From a virus (Duplodnaviria > Caudoviricetes), in the IMG/VR virus record IMGVR_UViG_3300038679_000051, positions 1 to 64,000 of that record: a stretch of 64,000 nucleotides of DNA; one strand, given 5' to 3'. Shown piece after piece: positions 39,161 through 48,397 of this stretch. The position numbers were made by a program, and so were the translations under genes. Under the pieces are notes generated by a model. It saw only the letters and a program-made list of their open reading frames with translations, was not told the DNA's origin and ran no database searches. Position 1 is the stretch's first letter, and each line of letters opens with the position of its first letter.

Positions 39161-39541
39161 TGGAGGCGAGGGGAATCGAACCCCTGTCCCAAAAGAATTC
39201 CGACTCGACCGCTACATGTTTAGCACCATTTTAATCTTTTGCTTTCCTCTTTATGGTGCGACGCTGGAAAGCTACGGTTCCATTGATCTTACATGTTTCA
39301 CCTGGAACAACGGTTTGACATGCCAGTTCGTTTCGGTTACGCGTCTTAGGCGACCACGAACGGGGTCATCCTAAAACACGTCGCTGTTCTTAGGCAGCGA
39401 AGGCAACGCCCTTGCGAGCGTTGACTGCAAAGATGTTCTCTTTGGCAGTTGAAAGTTTGTGGATTTGATTTAAGAGAGATTCCACTGCTCTCTACATGCT
39501 GTCGAAATCTTCCTTCAAATGGTCGAAACCTTTGCGCCCCC
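39161..39541 (-). ncRNA. ssrA: tmRNA; tag (A)AKENIFAVNARKGVAFAA
   Basis: 5' GGGGGCG pairs with 3' CGCCTCC-A with G3.U70; T-arm GGTTCGATTCC; resume context AACT|GCC at 39446; stop 39392-39390. Confidence 0.95.
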
Positions 39542-39565
39542 TTTCTGTTATCAAAGAAAAACAGA

Positions 39566-39603
39566 AGAGTTGTGCAGACAGAACATCAAATCTGCACAAC
39601 TCT
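39566..39603 (-). terminator. 13-bp inverted repeat followed by U-rich tract, upstream of tmRNA
   Basis: AGAGTTGTGCAGA / TCTGCACAACTCT; followed on - strand by TCTGTTTTTCTTT. Confidence 0.65.
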
Positions 39604-39634
39604 ATCTGCCGAACAAACCCATTGAATCACAACA

Positions 39635-40009
39635 TTATTTTCTTTCAGTAAGGGCTTTTCTAAATATCCAATATTCTTCAATTTCACCCTTCCTTCTGAT
39701 TTTTACCACGTCAGAAAAAAAGCCGCCTGACTCTACGATAAAAACTTCTTGACCGCCTTTGAAATCCATAATGGTTCCACGTAAAACACCAGCAGTGATT
39801 GCTTTTACAAACGCTTCTTTATCCTCTCGGATGAGATATTCCACGATTTTGTCATGTTCTTCTTGCGTTGTACAACCAAACCATGTTCCCTTAGTTATGA
39901 TTCTATGTGACAACGGTTTCTCTTCACGCACAATCAATTCTTTTTCGTTCCGTTCACTGCAAAATGAAAAAGAACAAGCGAATATCAAAACAAATAGAAA
40001 TTTTTTCAT
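39635..40009 (-). CDS. Secreted or lipoprotein-like hypothetical protein
   Basis: MKKFLFVLIFACSFSFCS signal; AAGGTT upstream. Confidence 0.7.
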   Translation of the reverse strand: MKKFLFVLIFACSFSFCSERNEKELIVREEKPLSHRIITKGTWFGCTTQEEHDKIVEYLIREDKEAFVKAITAGVLRGTIMDFKGGQEVFIVESGGFFSDVVKIRRKGEIEEYWIFRKALTERK

Positions 40010-40028
40010 GGTTTTAACCTTTCTTTTC

Positions 40029-40634
40029 TCAAAGCTCCCCAACATCTTTATCTATCGATTTACACAATTCTATGATCTTGCAACGATTGCATGTTGGCAA
40101 CTTCTTTCCATATTCATCCCAACACTCGCAAATTAATTCCTTTGCGAGGTCTTTGATCTTGCTAAGTGATGTCTCCAATTCATTGATGTGCACGACAACT
40201 TTACCGTGCATCTCTTCTACGTCTTCGCAATCCGCGCAACAGTCGTTCACGCAGGTTACGTAACTCCCGACGATCTCAAATTTATGACTCATTTTTACTT
40301 CTCCTAGTTCTTCCAACAGCTCCTTATGTAGTTCTTGTTTGTTGTAAAAATCCAAGAATTCTACGCGCCAACCAATAGGTGCACCATCATCAATCATTGC
40401 TGTGCAACATGGACGACCTTCGTTGTCTATCCAAGCCGTTTCAAACGTATTATTGTTCAATATCTCTATTTTTGATGCTGCTCGCAAATCAGGGTCGTTG
40501 CCATTATGATAATTGTCCAGTATTTCTGACATTAAACTCTTTATGGCATATGTAAAATCGATGGACAAGTCCATCCCTGCTTTTTGCCATTGATGATATT
40601 TCATTTGAAGTTTGTCATGTTCCTCAAATGTCAT
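40029..40634 (-). CDS. Hypothetical protein
   Basis: AAGGAG before ATG 40634. Confidence 0.7.
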   Translation of the reverse strand: MTFEEHDKLQMKYHQWQKAGMDLSIDFTYAIKSLMSEILDNYHNGNDPDLRAASKIEILNNNTFETAWIDNEGRPCCTAMIDDGAPIGWRVEFLDFYNKQELHKELLEELGEVKMSHKFEIVGSYVTCVNDCCADCEDVEEMHGKVVVHINELETSLSKIKDLAKELICECWDEYGKKLPTCNRCKIIELCKSIDKDVGEL

Positions 40635-40908
40635 TAGAATCTCCTTTAACGTCGTATTGTTTACATCGTTTGTCCCACGATATAACCTTGCCGCCATCTT
40701 TAAAACATATCCTGCAATAATTTCTAAAACCTTTTATTTTGCTTGGTGCTTTAATTAAGTGTCTATTAGAAATATATTCATCATGCCCACCGCATACCGT
40801 GGTCTTACCATCAACCGTCGCATGGATCAATGATGGTTGACCGGTAGAATCCAACCATGATATTCGTTGACATTGTTTTGACATCATTTCTCCTAAAATT
40901 TCGCTCAT
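40624..40908 (-). CDS. Small Cys/His hypothetical protein
   Basis: HAT..TVCG..CRIC. Confidence 0.6.
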   Translation of the reverse strand: MSEILGEMMSKQCQRISWLDSTGQPSLIHATVDGKTTVCGGHDEYISNRHLIKAPSKIKGFRNYCRICFKDGGKVISWDKRCKQYDVKGDSNDI

Positions 40909-41229
40909 TCTCTTTTAATCGTCATTATTCTGTCGTAAATATGTTCCGGCTGCGATTATTTCTTGATCTTGGATGTTAATTGGTCCTTCAAATATCATTT
41001 TCTCTCCTTGCTTTTTAATGTACGGTCCATTCTATAACACATTGTTTTGTCGCGACAGTTCTTTCTACGTTCCTTATTCCATCCGAGTGAATTCGGACAT
41101 GTTTTCTTGCAGAGTTGGTCAAGTTTCGATTCACTTAGGGGCATTTTGTTGACCTTTCGCTTTGATCTTTTCACTTTATTTGCCTTTGTAAATACTTGAT
41201 GTTTCAAAAATAAAGAAAATGGAGGAAAC

Positions 41230-41862
41230 ATGTACGGAATTAGATTAGGCATAATATTTGAAGACGCAAGCATGATGCGAAGGCTCGCTATGGAATTCCC
41301 TAATTTCGATAAACTGTTGCGTAGGTTTGGGTTTGATGTCAACGATCTAGAATTGATTGGATATGGCGATCATGGACTTGCTTTCGCCAGCAATGATAAA
41401 GTAATTAAGATAACCGATGACAAGAATGAAGCTAGAGCGGCTGCGAATTTAATAAACAAGAAACTCACCGGCACCAACCAGATATATTATGTCGGATCAT
41501 TTAGTAAACTAATACAATACCACGATCCAGAAATCACCGACGATAAGATCCAATATTATGTGATCATACAAGAATTGGTTGATACCGTTTTGTCGGCAGA
41601 TGAACGCAAGGCGATAGATTTAGTATCAAATTGGTTGGATGAGTTGGAACGATGGCCATTCGACGTAGATGAAGCATGTCGTAAGATTGGTGAAAACGGT
41701 GCTGTGAGATCATTGTTGAACAGCATCAATGAATTATATAAACATGGCGTAAAGTATATGGACATACATTCTGGAAACGTGGGGCACAACAAAGATGGTA
41801 AATTGGTCGTATTTGATTTGGGCGTATCCGAAGCAAAGTCAGTTGCATATGGACGAATTTAG
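41230..41862 (+). CDS. Ser/Thr protein-kinase-fold protein
   Basis: IGYGDHGLAF (Gly loop), VIKIT, helix-C Glu, DIHSGNV, FDLG; GGAGG RBS. Confidence 0.85.
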   Translation: MYGIRLGIIFEDASMMRRLAMEFPNFDKLLRRFGFDVNDLELIGYGDHGLAFASNDKVIKITDDKNEARAAANLINKKLTGTNQIYYVGSFSKLIQYHDPEITDDKIQYYVIIQELVDTVLSADERKAIDLVSNWLDELERWPFDVDEACRKIGENGAVRSLLNSINELYKHGVKYMDIHSGNVGHNKDGKLVVFDLGVSEAKSVAYGRI

Positions 41863-41873
41863 GGAAGATTTTC

Positions 41874-42323
41874 TCATTCAGTCATTATCCGATGTCCAAT
41901 CACATGCTTCCGTTCCCGTTTTTCTTGTACTTGCTCTTGTTGTACTTGTTCTTGTATACCACCATGATGTGCTCGAATCCATTTTTGTAAAATCCCAACA
42001 ATTATGTCTTCGTCTTCTGAAGCAGTTCCATTTATGACCATCGTCCTTGAATGGAATTCAAATTCCATACGGAATCTGAACGGGCCTGAACCTAAAACGT
42101 GATGATAAATGTCATGTCCATATGGGGGATGTCTCTCTATTTTATAGTCAATTTCGATGTTCGATGGAATTAGTTTATCTATTAGATTAATGTGAACGTT
42201 GCTGTCTCTATAAACGCCGCTATCATTAAATGAATTTAGGCCGTCATTTATCTCTGCTGTGCCCGTTCCCCGGCAATCAGGTACGCTTGTGCCCGTCGGA
42301 CCTATAACACCATTGTCACTCAT
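41874..42323 (-). CDS. Hypothetical protein
   Basis: 149 aa; ATGA overlap. Confidence 0.6.
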   Translation of the reverse strand: MSDNGVIGPTGTSVPDCRGTGTAEINDGLNSFNDSGVYRDSNVHINLIDKLIPSNIEIDYKIERHPPYGHDIYHHVLGSGPFRFRMEFEFHSRTMVINGTASEDEDIIVGILQKWIRAHHGGIQEQVQQEQVQEKRERKHVIGHRIMTE

Positions 42324-42673
42324 TTTATGATCTCCTTAATTATATGCCAATGTGCATAACCATACATCAACGCTGCACATATTAATATGTTTAATGTGGT
42401 ATATGTCAATATGCTCAATAATCGAGATTTTCTACGCCCGATGATTGCACCAGGGGAAACAAGTACGCCGTTAGCATCTTCAAAATGGACATGGACGTGA
42501 TCATATAAAGACAGTTGTAATGCCCATTTCGGCATAACTCCTGTCTTTGGATTCGCCACAATCTCGATCATCGTGCCCCCATCCGTATGGAAGACCATGC
42601 GACGAATTCCACTTGTCTGACTGTTCAAAACAGATGCACCCGCCTGATTGTTCAAAACAAGTGTCGCTTTCAT
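42320..42673 (-). CDS. Hypothetical protein with C-terminal TM helix
   Basis: LLSILTYTTLNILICAALMYG. Confidence 0.65.
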   Translation of the reverse strand: MKATLVLNNQAGASVLNSQTSGIRRMVFHTDGGTMIEIVANPKTGVMPKWALQLSLYDHVHVHFEDANGVLVSPGAIIGRRKSRLLSILTYTTLNILICAALMYGYAHWHIIKEIIK

Positions 42674-42685
42674 TTCCTATTCTCC

Positions 42686-43210
42686 TTAACATTTTCGACG
42701 TTGGAAAATACTGATGATTTTATGAAGTTTTTCACGATTGTCTGCAAGCATCGCATCACAAAGATTTTGTCTGCGCCTTCTGAACTCAGAAGCATCAAAG
42801 GACCCATATATTATGAGAGCCAACAGGCAACTATCTCCCTCTCTTGTGATTTCGAATTCACAACCTTCAAAAAATTTGGGTGTGTTTGCGTTAAGCCAGT
42901 AAATGTCACCCATGTCCGTTTCTTTTGATTCGATTTCAGCGAGAACGTTACGGGCTGCATTTGCCAATCTATCAATGTTGATCTGAAGAGGTGCGGTCGT
43001 CGCCAGTGGCCCAAGCGCTTTTAAGATGGCCTCCTTTTCGCTGCCAGCGGCACAATCTCCGCTATCTGCCCACTCGATGGCGTGTAGAGCATCCGCAATC
43101 GGAAGTATGATCTGCCCTAGGGCGACTCTCTCTGGGGCTTCGCTTGACATAAGCTCTTTTGCCACATCTTCGAATGTGTTGCTGACGTAGTTCCAACTTC
43201 CGCCACTCAT
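42686..43210 (-). CDS. Hypothetical protein
   Basis: GGAGG before ATG 43210 (MSGGSWNY). Confidence 0.7.
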   Translation of the reverse strand: MSGGSWNYVSNTFEDVAKELMSSEAPERVALGQIILPIADALHAIEWADSGDCAAGSEKEAILKALGPLATTAPLQINIDRLANAARNVLAEIESKETDMGDIYWLNANTPKFFEGCEFEITREGDSCLLALIIYGSFDASEFRRRRQNLCDAMLADNREKLHKIISIFQRRKC

Positions 43211-43211
43211 C

Positions 43212-43598
43212 TCACACCTCCTTAACGAAGCGACTACAACATTTATCATCTTGCCTAAGAGGCGTAAAGCGTGGTACGCAGTCATGACAAAACGTCTTAC
43301 CACATTTAGGGCAATTACCTAAATTAAAGGACAATTTCCCGCAACTATAACATTTCTCAATTGCTCGTTTTTGAACGCGATGAAATGAGCTTGCTATTGT
43401 GCCATCAGTAAAACGGAAATATGTGGAAATTTTTGATTCTTGCAGTCGCCGCTGTTCTTCTTCATTCCATTCGATAATTTTGATTGATGCTATCCGTTTT
43501 CGTTGAGGCACACCCTCTTTGAAACCGCTATCTTCAATGTGCGTTACGTGATCGCCGATTCTTAGATCATTATATTCTTCAACTTGCTCAATCTTCAT
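43212..43598 (-). CDS. Hypothetical protein with C-terminal Zn finger
   Basis: CYSC..CPKC..C..C. Confidence 0.65.
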   Translation of the reverse strand: MKIEQVEEYNDLRIGDHVTHIEDSGFKEGVPQRKRIASIKIIEWNEEEQRRLQESKISTYFRFTDGTIASSFHRVQKRAIEKCYSCGKLSFNLGNCPKCGKTFCHDCVPRFTPLRQDDKCCSRFVKEV

Positions 43599-43791
43599 TG
43601 TTTTCTCCTAGCGTTTGCAATGACGCAAGCATATGTAACACTTGTCGTTCGTCTGCAATTACCTTCTCTTCAGACCCGTGTGGACTGGACTTGATTTTAT
43701 CGTCGAGGAATTTCACTTGCTTGCTATCTTCACCAAACAAGACGACAGTAATCTTACGGTAATTACCGTATCGCCGCGTTCTTATCACCAC
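43588..43791 (-). CDS. Small hypothetical protein
   Basis: ORF track, overlapping gene run. Confidence 0.55.
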   Translation of the reverse strand: MVIRTRRYGNYRKITVVLFGEDSKQVKFLDDKIKSSPHGSEEKVIADERQVLHMLASLQTLGENNED

Positions 43792-43798
43792 TTCTCAT

Positions 43799-44008
43799 TT
43801 ACCACCATTTGAATGTTTTGCCAAGGCCATAGACGGCCAAGCCTGTTATCGCACCTGCGATGATGACGGGAGCAGCCGTGACCGCAATGGCAGTCCCACC
43901 GATGACAAGACCACCACGCCCAACGATGGCGGCAACGGTCGCCCCCGCTGCTGCCCCGGCGGCGGTCGCCGTCCCAGACTTTGCCAATTCTTTTTCTTTC
44001 TCATTCAT
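43799..44008 (-). CDS. Glycine-zipper small membrane protein
   Basis: GAAAGATVAAIVG..GAITGLAVYGLG. Confidence 0.65.
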   Translation of the reverse strand: MNEKEKELAKSGTATAAGAAAGATVAAIVGRGGLVIGGTAIAVTAAPVIIAGAITGLAVYGLGKTFKWW

Positions 44009-44049
44009 GCGTTTTCTCCTTGTCTGGTTCTCCCTCACGTTTCCTAAAA

Positions 44050-44081
44050 AAATGCAGGGGCTGGCTATAACCCCTGCATTT
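44050..44081 (-). terminator. Rho-independent terminator
   Basis: 11-bp stem AAATGCAGGGG/CCCCTGCATTT followed by T run on - strand. Confidence 0.8.
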
Positions 44082-44209
44082 GGAAATTGTTAATTAATTA
44101 ACGTTCCGGCGATGAAACTGAGTACGCACAACGCTAAACCAAGCATTATTAACGACTTAAACATGGCTACGACGACTGCAATGACGGCCATCATTCCCCC
44201 TTTCTACGG

Positions 44210-44377
44210 TTACCTACCGGGCCGGCCGGTCTTAGCCTCGTAATCGGCCTTGGACAGCCAATTTCCGGATGACTTCTTTGCCGACACGCCGCGATCGACG
44301 TGATTGGCGTGGGCACGACGATTGTAATCGCTCGTCTTTTCGCCCTTTGCCCTGCTCGTGACCCATTTGCTTGCCAT
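44210..44377 (-). CDS. Small basic protein
   Basis: Translated by hand: MASKWVTSRAKGEKTSDYNRRAHANH..KTGRPGR; GGGAGGG RBS; not in the ORF track. Confidence 0.55.
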   Translation of the reverse strand: MASKWVTSRAKGEKTSDYNRRAHANHVDRGVSAKKSSGNWLSKADYEAKTGRPGR

Positions 44378-44557
44378 TTCTTCTTCCCTCCCCTAGCCCA
44401 ACTGCTCTCTGCGTCTTCCTGCACATGTCATGCACCAGTGCTGAAATTCACAATTCTCTCGTTCTTTACACTATGTCCTTTCGCCTTTTCGTCAATATCC
44501 CCGGCATCTGCATATCTAGTCTCGTCATGTTTCTACGCTCCCCAAATTGCTAGCGGA

Positions 44558-45175
44558 CTAACCAATAACGATGTGCTCAATGAGTAATTCTTCGTCTTTA
44601 TTTTTCGACTCATGTTCTTTCTTCGCCGCCCTCGCCTCCTGTAAGGAACAGAAGACATTGCCATTGTATATGAAAGCTCGCTTAATTTCGCTCACGTGGC
44701 CAACCAACATTTGTCCAACTATCCCTCTTAATTTCTCATCTCTGATATGCCCAAGCGCGTCATTATTTTGTTTTACTGCTGCCAGACAGATTTCTGGCGT
44801 CTGTTCTTTGACGTATTCAAGTGCCGAACCATCCCATTGCACTGCTGCTATACACATTTCTGGCGTCTGCTCTCTGACATATCGAAGTGCCCAACCAATT
44901 CGTTGCACTGCTGCTATACACATTTCTGGCGTCTGTTCCTTGACATATTGAAGTGCATTACAGTCTTCTCGTACCGCCGTTATGCATATTTCAGGAAATT
45001 GTTTATCTAAATGTTTAAGTACATCACACCAGAAGGAATATAAAGACACTTTATCATTCAATAATTGCTCAACGATCATTTCGTCCTCCATGTTTTTATG
45101 ATTATCATCAATCTTCCTCACTGCCTGGATCACGTCATTCAATTGTTCTTTAGTCACCTCAGAGAGCCAATGCAT
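44558..45175 (-). CDS. DUF4116-repeat protein, paralog 1
   Basis: (EQTPEMCIAAV.....AL.YVK)n; AAGGAG RBS. Confidence 0.85.
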   Translation of the reverse strand: MHWLSEVTKEQLNDVIQAVRKIDDNHKNMEDEMIVEQLLNDKVSLYSFWCDVLKHLDKQFPEICITAVREDCNALQYVKEQTPEMCIAAVQRIGWALRYVREQTPEMCIAAVQWDGSALEYVKEQTPEICLAAVKQNNDALGHIRDEKLRGIVGQMLVGHVSEIKRAFIYNGNVFCSLQEARAAKKEHESKNKDEELLIEHIVIG

Positions 45176-45211
45176 GTTTTATCTCCTTGCACATCAAATC
45201 ACACCGATAAT

Positions 45212-45679
45212 TCAGTACAAATCGTCCACTCCCCGTTCCCATTGCGCTTGTTTTTCAACAAAACCTTTATCACCTCCAATGCGTTCGAGCATGCTTGCCG
45301 ATGATTTAAGATAACCGGCGGTAAAGTCCAATCTGCTTGATCCGCCTACTCCAGTTGGCGGACATCCTGGATAAATGTGCTGTTCAAATAACGAATGACA
45401 AGTCCTGTCGAGACCTACGGCAATTTTGTATAATTCTTCTATAGTTTCGGTAGACACATCAACAAGATCTCCGGCAGCACCAATCCGTTCAAGCATGCCC
45501 GCCGCTGATCTCAGATAATGAACGGTCCACGCCAACTCGTTTGTTCCAGTTACCCCAGTCGGTCCTATCGCTTGTTTGAAGGAGGTATTGAATAGTGCCT
45601 CGCAAGTGTCATTGACTTTTTTAGCGGTTGGGTATAATTCTATTCTGACTTTAACAACCAATTCATGCTCGCTTAACAT
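45212..45679 (-). CDS. Hypothetical protein with internal repeat
   Basis: YLRSAAGMLERIG / YLKSSASMLERIG. Confidence 0.7.
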   Translation of the reverse strand: MLSEHELVVKVRIELYPTAKKVNDTCEALFNTSFKQAIGPTGVTGTNELAWTVHYLRSAAGMLERIGAAGDLVDVSTETIEELYKIAVGLDRTCHSLFEQHIYPGCPPTGVGGSSRLDFTAGYLKSSASMLERIGGDKGFVEKQAQWERGVDDLY

Positions 45680-45746
45680 GTCTTAACCCTCCAAAATTGC
45701 TGCATTCTTCTCATTTTTTAATACTGGTTCCGTTGTCGTCAATGTT

Positions 45747-46109
45747 TTATCTGAGAATTGCATTCCGTATGTTTTCTATATGTTGATCTAACTCAGCAGG
45801 AGGGATGTCCCAACTCCGGATTTGACCATTCACACAGACGAGTGCAGTAATTTCACCAACATTGTAAGTCTCAACATATGCATATGTTTTATTTGAGGGT
45901 GTGGTGAATGATATCGCTACGCCTTCTTGTACACTTGCTAAGACGTTAGTCCAAGGGAACGTTTTCTCGTACGCAGACATGATTGTTCTCTTTGCTAAAT
46001 CGACCGCAATTATATTTGGTGCTTCTGACCCATATCCATCCCAATCACGTTCTAATTTTAACATGTCATCTAATGATTTTAATGCGGCGATCTTATTTCG
46101 TTCGTCCAT
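45747..46109 (-). CDS. Phage hypothetical protein (DWDGYG motif)
   Basis: LERDWDGYGSEAPN; GGAAGG RBS. Confidence 0.7.
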   Translation of the reverse strand: MDERNKIAALKSLDDMLKLERDWDGYGSEAPNIIAVDLAKRTIMSAYEKTFPWTNVLASVQEGVAISFTTPSNKTYAYVETYNVGEITALVCVNGQIRSWDIPPAELDQHIENIRNAILR

Positions 46110-46112
46110 ATG

Positions 46113-46523
46113 TCACCTTCCTATTGTTTTAAGATTATCAGTAACCTGCATGGCGAAATCATTAAGCGCATGTTTGAAAAAATTGTTCATGCCGGTTAAG
46201 AGTGCTGCTCCAGCACCATTGCGGATGACCTCCTGCATGGTTTCTTCAACTTTTGCATGATTGTCATCCAGCCATTTTCTCAACAAAATGTCCATTCGTT
46301 CTTTCATCAAATTTGACACCAATTCATGAGCGAGCGGTGGTAAGATCTTAGTTTCGCTCCAAGAAGAACTTTGAGTCCTTCTCTCATTAAAGAATAGTTC
46401 TTCCATGCTGCGTGTGATCAACTTCATGATGTCCTCATCGCTTAAACAATCCCCGATGGAGGCTCTAATCCGGTCTTTCATTCGTTGTTCGAACGTCGCA
46501 GTCGCAGTTAATTCATCGGCCAT
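46113..46523 (-). CDS. Hypothetical helical protein
   Basis: GAGGAG before ATG 46523. Confidence 0.7.
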   Translation of the reverse strand: MADELTATATFEQRMKDRIRASIGDCLSDEDIMKLITRSMEELFFNERRTQSSSWSETKILPPLAHELVSNLMKERMDILLRKWLDDNHAKVEETMQEVIRNGAGAALLTGMNNFFKHALNDFAMQVTDNLKTIGR

Positions 46524-46698
46524 GATTTGTCTCCTCAAAAGAATCGTTGGTAACAACGCGGACAGACGTGACGCGTCCTATCCGTTTTCACCGTATATCT
46601 AACCCGCCTGAACGGTCTCCCACACATCTCGCATTTGCTGTGTCTTATTTCGTCATATGTAATAAATACAAACAAAATTGACATTGCTATAAAAGCGA

Positions 46699-47403
46699 CT
46701 AACATGAGGGTTCTGCTCCTATCCCTGCTTTTCTCAATGATGTACGAAGCTTTTCATTCTTGACGAATTCAAATGCCCGACCATTTTGTTTTATTGCCGC
46801 CATACATATCTCTGGTGTCTGTTCTATGACATATTTGAGTGCATAACCGTCTTGTTTTACTGCTGCCATGCATATTTCTGGCGTCTGCCCTTTGTTGTTC
46901 GCAGAACATTTAACATATTCAAGTACTGGGCCATGTCGTTTTACTGCCATCATACACATTTCTGGTGTCTGCTCTTTGATCCATTGAAGTGCCCGACCAT
47001 TTTGTTTTATTGCCGCCATACATATCTCTGGCGTCTGTTCTTTGACAAAATGGAAACAGTGGACGAATTCATCCTGCTTCACTGCTGCCATACATAATTC
47101 AGGCGTCTGTTCTTTGACATATTCAAGTGCCCAACAATTCTGTTTTACTGCCGCTAAACATAATTCTGGCGTCTGTTCTTTGATAAATAAGAGTGCATGG
47201 CCATTCTGTTTTACTGCGGCCATACAAATTGCGGGGAATTGTTTATCTAAATGCGCAAGCGTCTCATATAAATCTATGTCATCATCCAGTAATTTCTTGA
47301 CAATTTTTTTGTCTTTCATTGAAGCATGGACATCATCTATGCTTCTTACGGCTCGAAACACGTCCTGCAACTGTTTATCGGTCACTTCCATCATCCAATG
47401 CAT
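46699..47403 (-). CDS. DUF4116-repeat protein, paralog 2
   Basis: Six EQTPE(I/L/M)C repeats, one interrupted by CSANNKG. Confidence 0.87.
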   Translation of the reverse strand: MHWMMEVTDKQLQDVFRAVRSIDDVHASMKDKKIVKKLLDDDIDLYETLAHLDKQFPAICMAAVKQNGHALLFIKEQTPELCLAAVKQNCWALEYVKEQTPELCMAAVKQDEFVHCFHFVKEQTPEICMAAIKQNGRALQWIKEQTPEMCMMAVKRHGPVLEYVKCSANNKGQTPEICMAAVKQDGYALKYVIEQTPEICMAAIKQNGRAFEFVKNEKLRTSLRKAGIGAEPSC

Positions 47404-47415
47404 GTTCTATCCTTT

Positions 47416-47670
47416 TCATTCATCATCTGCGATGGCTTGTGCCGTTGCTCGTATAAATTCATCTGCAAATAAACCAGCCCGACGGACTGAAAACAATTCT
47501 GATTCTTTGTCTTTAGATATTATAGCAATGGCGAATAACAAATGATCTATGAGGTGCGTCATTTGTTTGAGATTTTCAAATCTCACATCATCCTCGTTCG
47601 TTTCACCAACCGGATTGATGGGTCCGACCAACTTATTAACGACTTTGTTCAAATTAATGTCGTTTCCCAT
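47416..47670 (-). CDS. Hypothetical protein
   Basis: GAAGGAG RBS; 84 aa. Confidence 0.7.
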   Translation of the reverse strand: MGNDINLNKVVNKLVGPINPVGETNEDDVRFENLKQMTHLIDHLLFAIAIISKDKESELFSVRRAGLFADEFIRATAQAIADDE

Positions 47671-47833
47671 TATCAGCTCCTTCCAACGGTACGTAATGTT
47701 TATAATTTGCCTTTAACAATGCCATTATCAGCTCCTTCCAACGGTACGTAATGTTTATAATTTGCCTTTAACAATGCCATTATCAGCTCCTTCCAACGGT
47801 ACGTAATGTTTATAATTTGCCTTTAACAATGCC
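47667..47833. repeat. Three perfect tandem copies of a 55-nt unit
   Basis: Units start at 47667, 47722 and 47777; each carries RBS plus ATG on the - strand. Confidence 0.95.
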
Positions 47834-48084
47834 CGTAAAGCAGTTTTCTCCAGACTGTCGCGGTTCCTCTGCGTGCATCGCAAAGCACCGTCAATGCCGA
47901 ATGCAAATCCATCCATAAAAATGCGAGCATCATACCAATTTTTGAATTTAAAATCATTGATATATACGAATCCATTGTCAATCCTTATGGTTGACTTAAA
48001 CATAAGACATGTCTTGCGACACAATTCTTCGTCAACGTCGCGTGGCATTGGGTCCAACATCATTTTGCGTGGTTTTTCATTCAT
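47755..48084 (-). CDS. Hypothetical protein; C-terminus altered by the repeat
   Basis: ORF track. Confidence 0.6.
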   Translation of the reverse strand: MNEKPRKMMLDPMPRDVDEELCRKTCLMFKSTIRIDNGFVYINDFKFKNWYDARIFMDGFAFGIDGALRCTQRNRDSLEKTALRALLKANYKHYVPLEGADNGIVKGKL

Positions 48085-48397
48085 GTTTTGAATTCTTCTT
48101 TATCTTGCTTTCGTTCATGTAAATCAATGCAAAGTCGCTTGCCGCCATCCAACATCATCAACAGCATTTCCACTGTCCAATTCAGACACGCATTCTGGAC
48201 AGCAGACTCTGCCATTTCTAATGGCCCAACCCAGACTCTGGACAAGCTCTATAAAGCCTGTCTTTTTATATCCCGATCGTTGTACCCATACGCTGCATCG
48301 AGCACACCAAATTGTATATTCGATAGTTATTGCATGATTATATCGTTTCATGTCTGCTCTAGACATTCGTATCAACCTCTATCCTTTTCATCGGCTG

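Noticed and set aside
44191-44435. ORF-track calls 44191-44424 and 44232-44435
   Set aside because: The third frame (44210-44377) has the RBS and a more protein-like sequence
47667-47833. Possible CRISPR array
   Set aside because: Perfect 55-nt tandem copies with no spacers; it duplicates a gene junction
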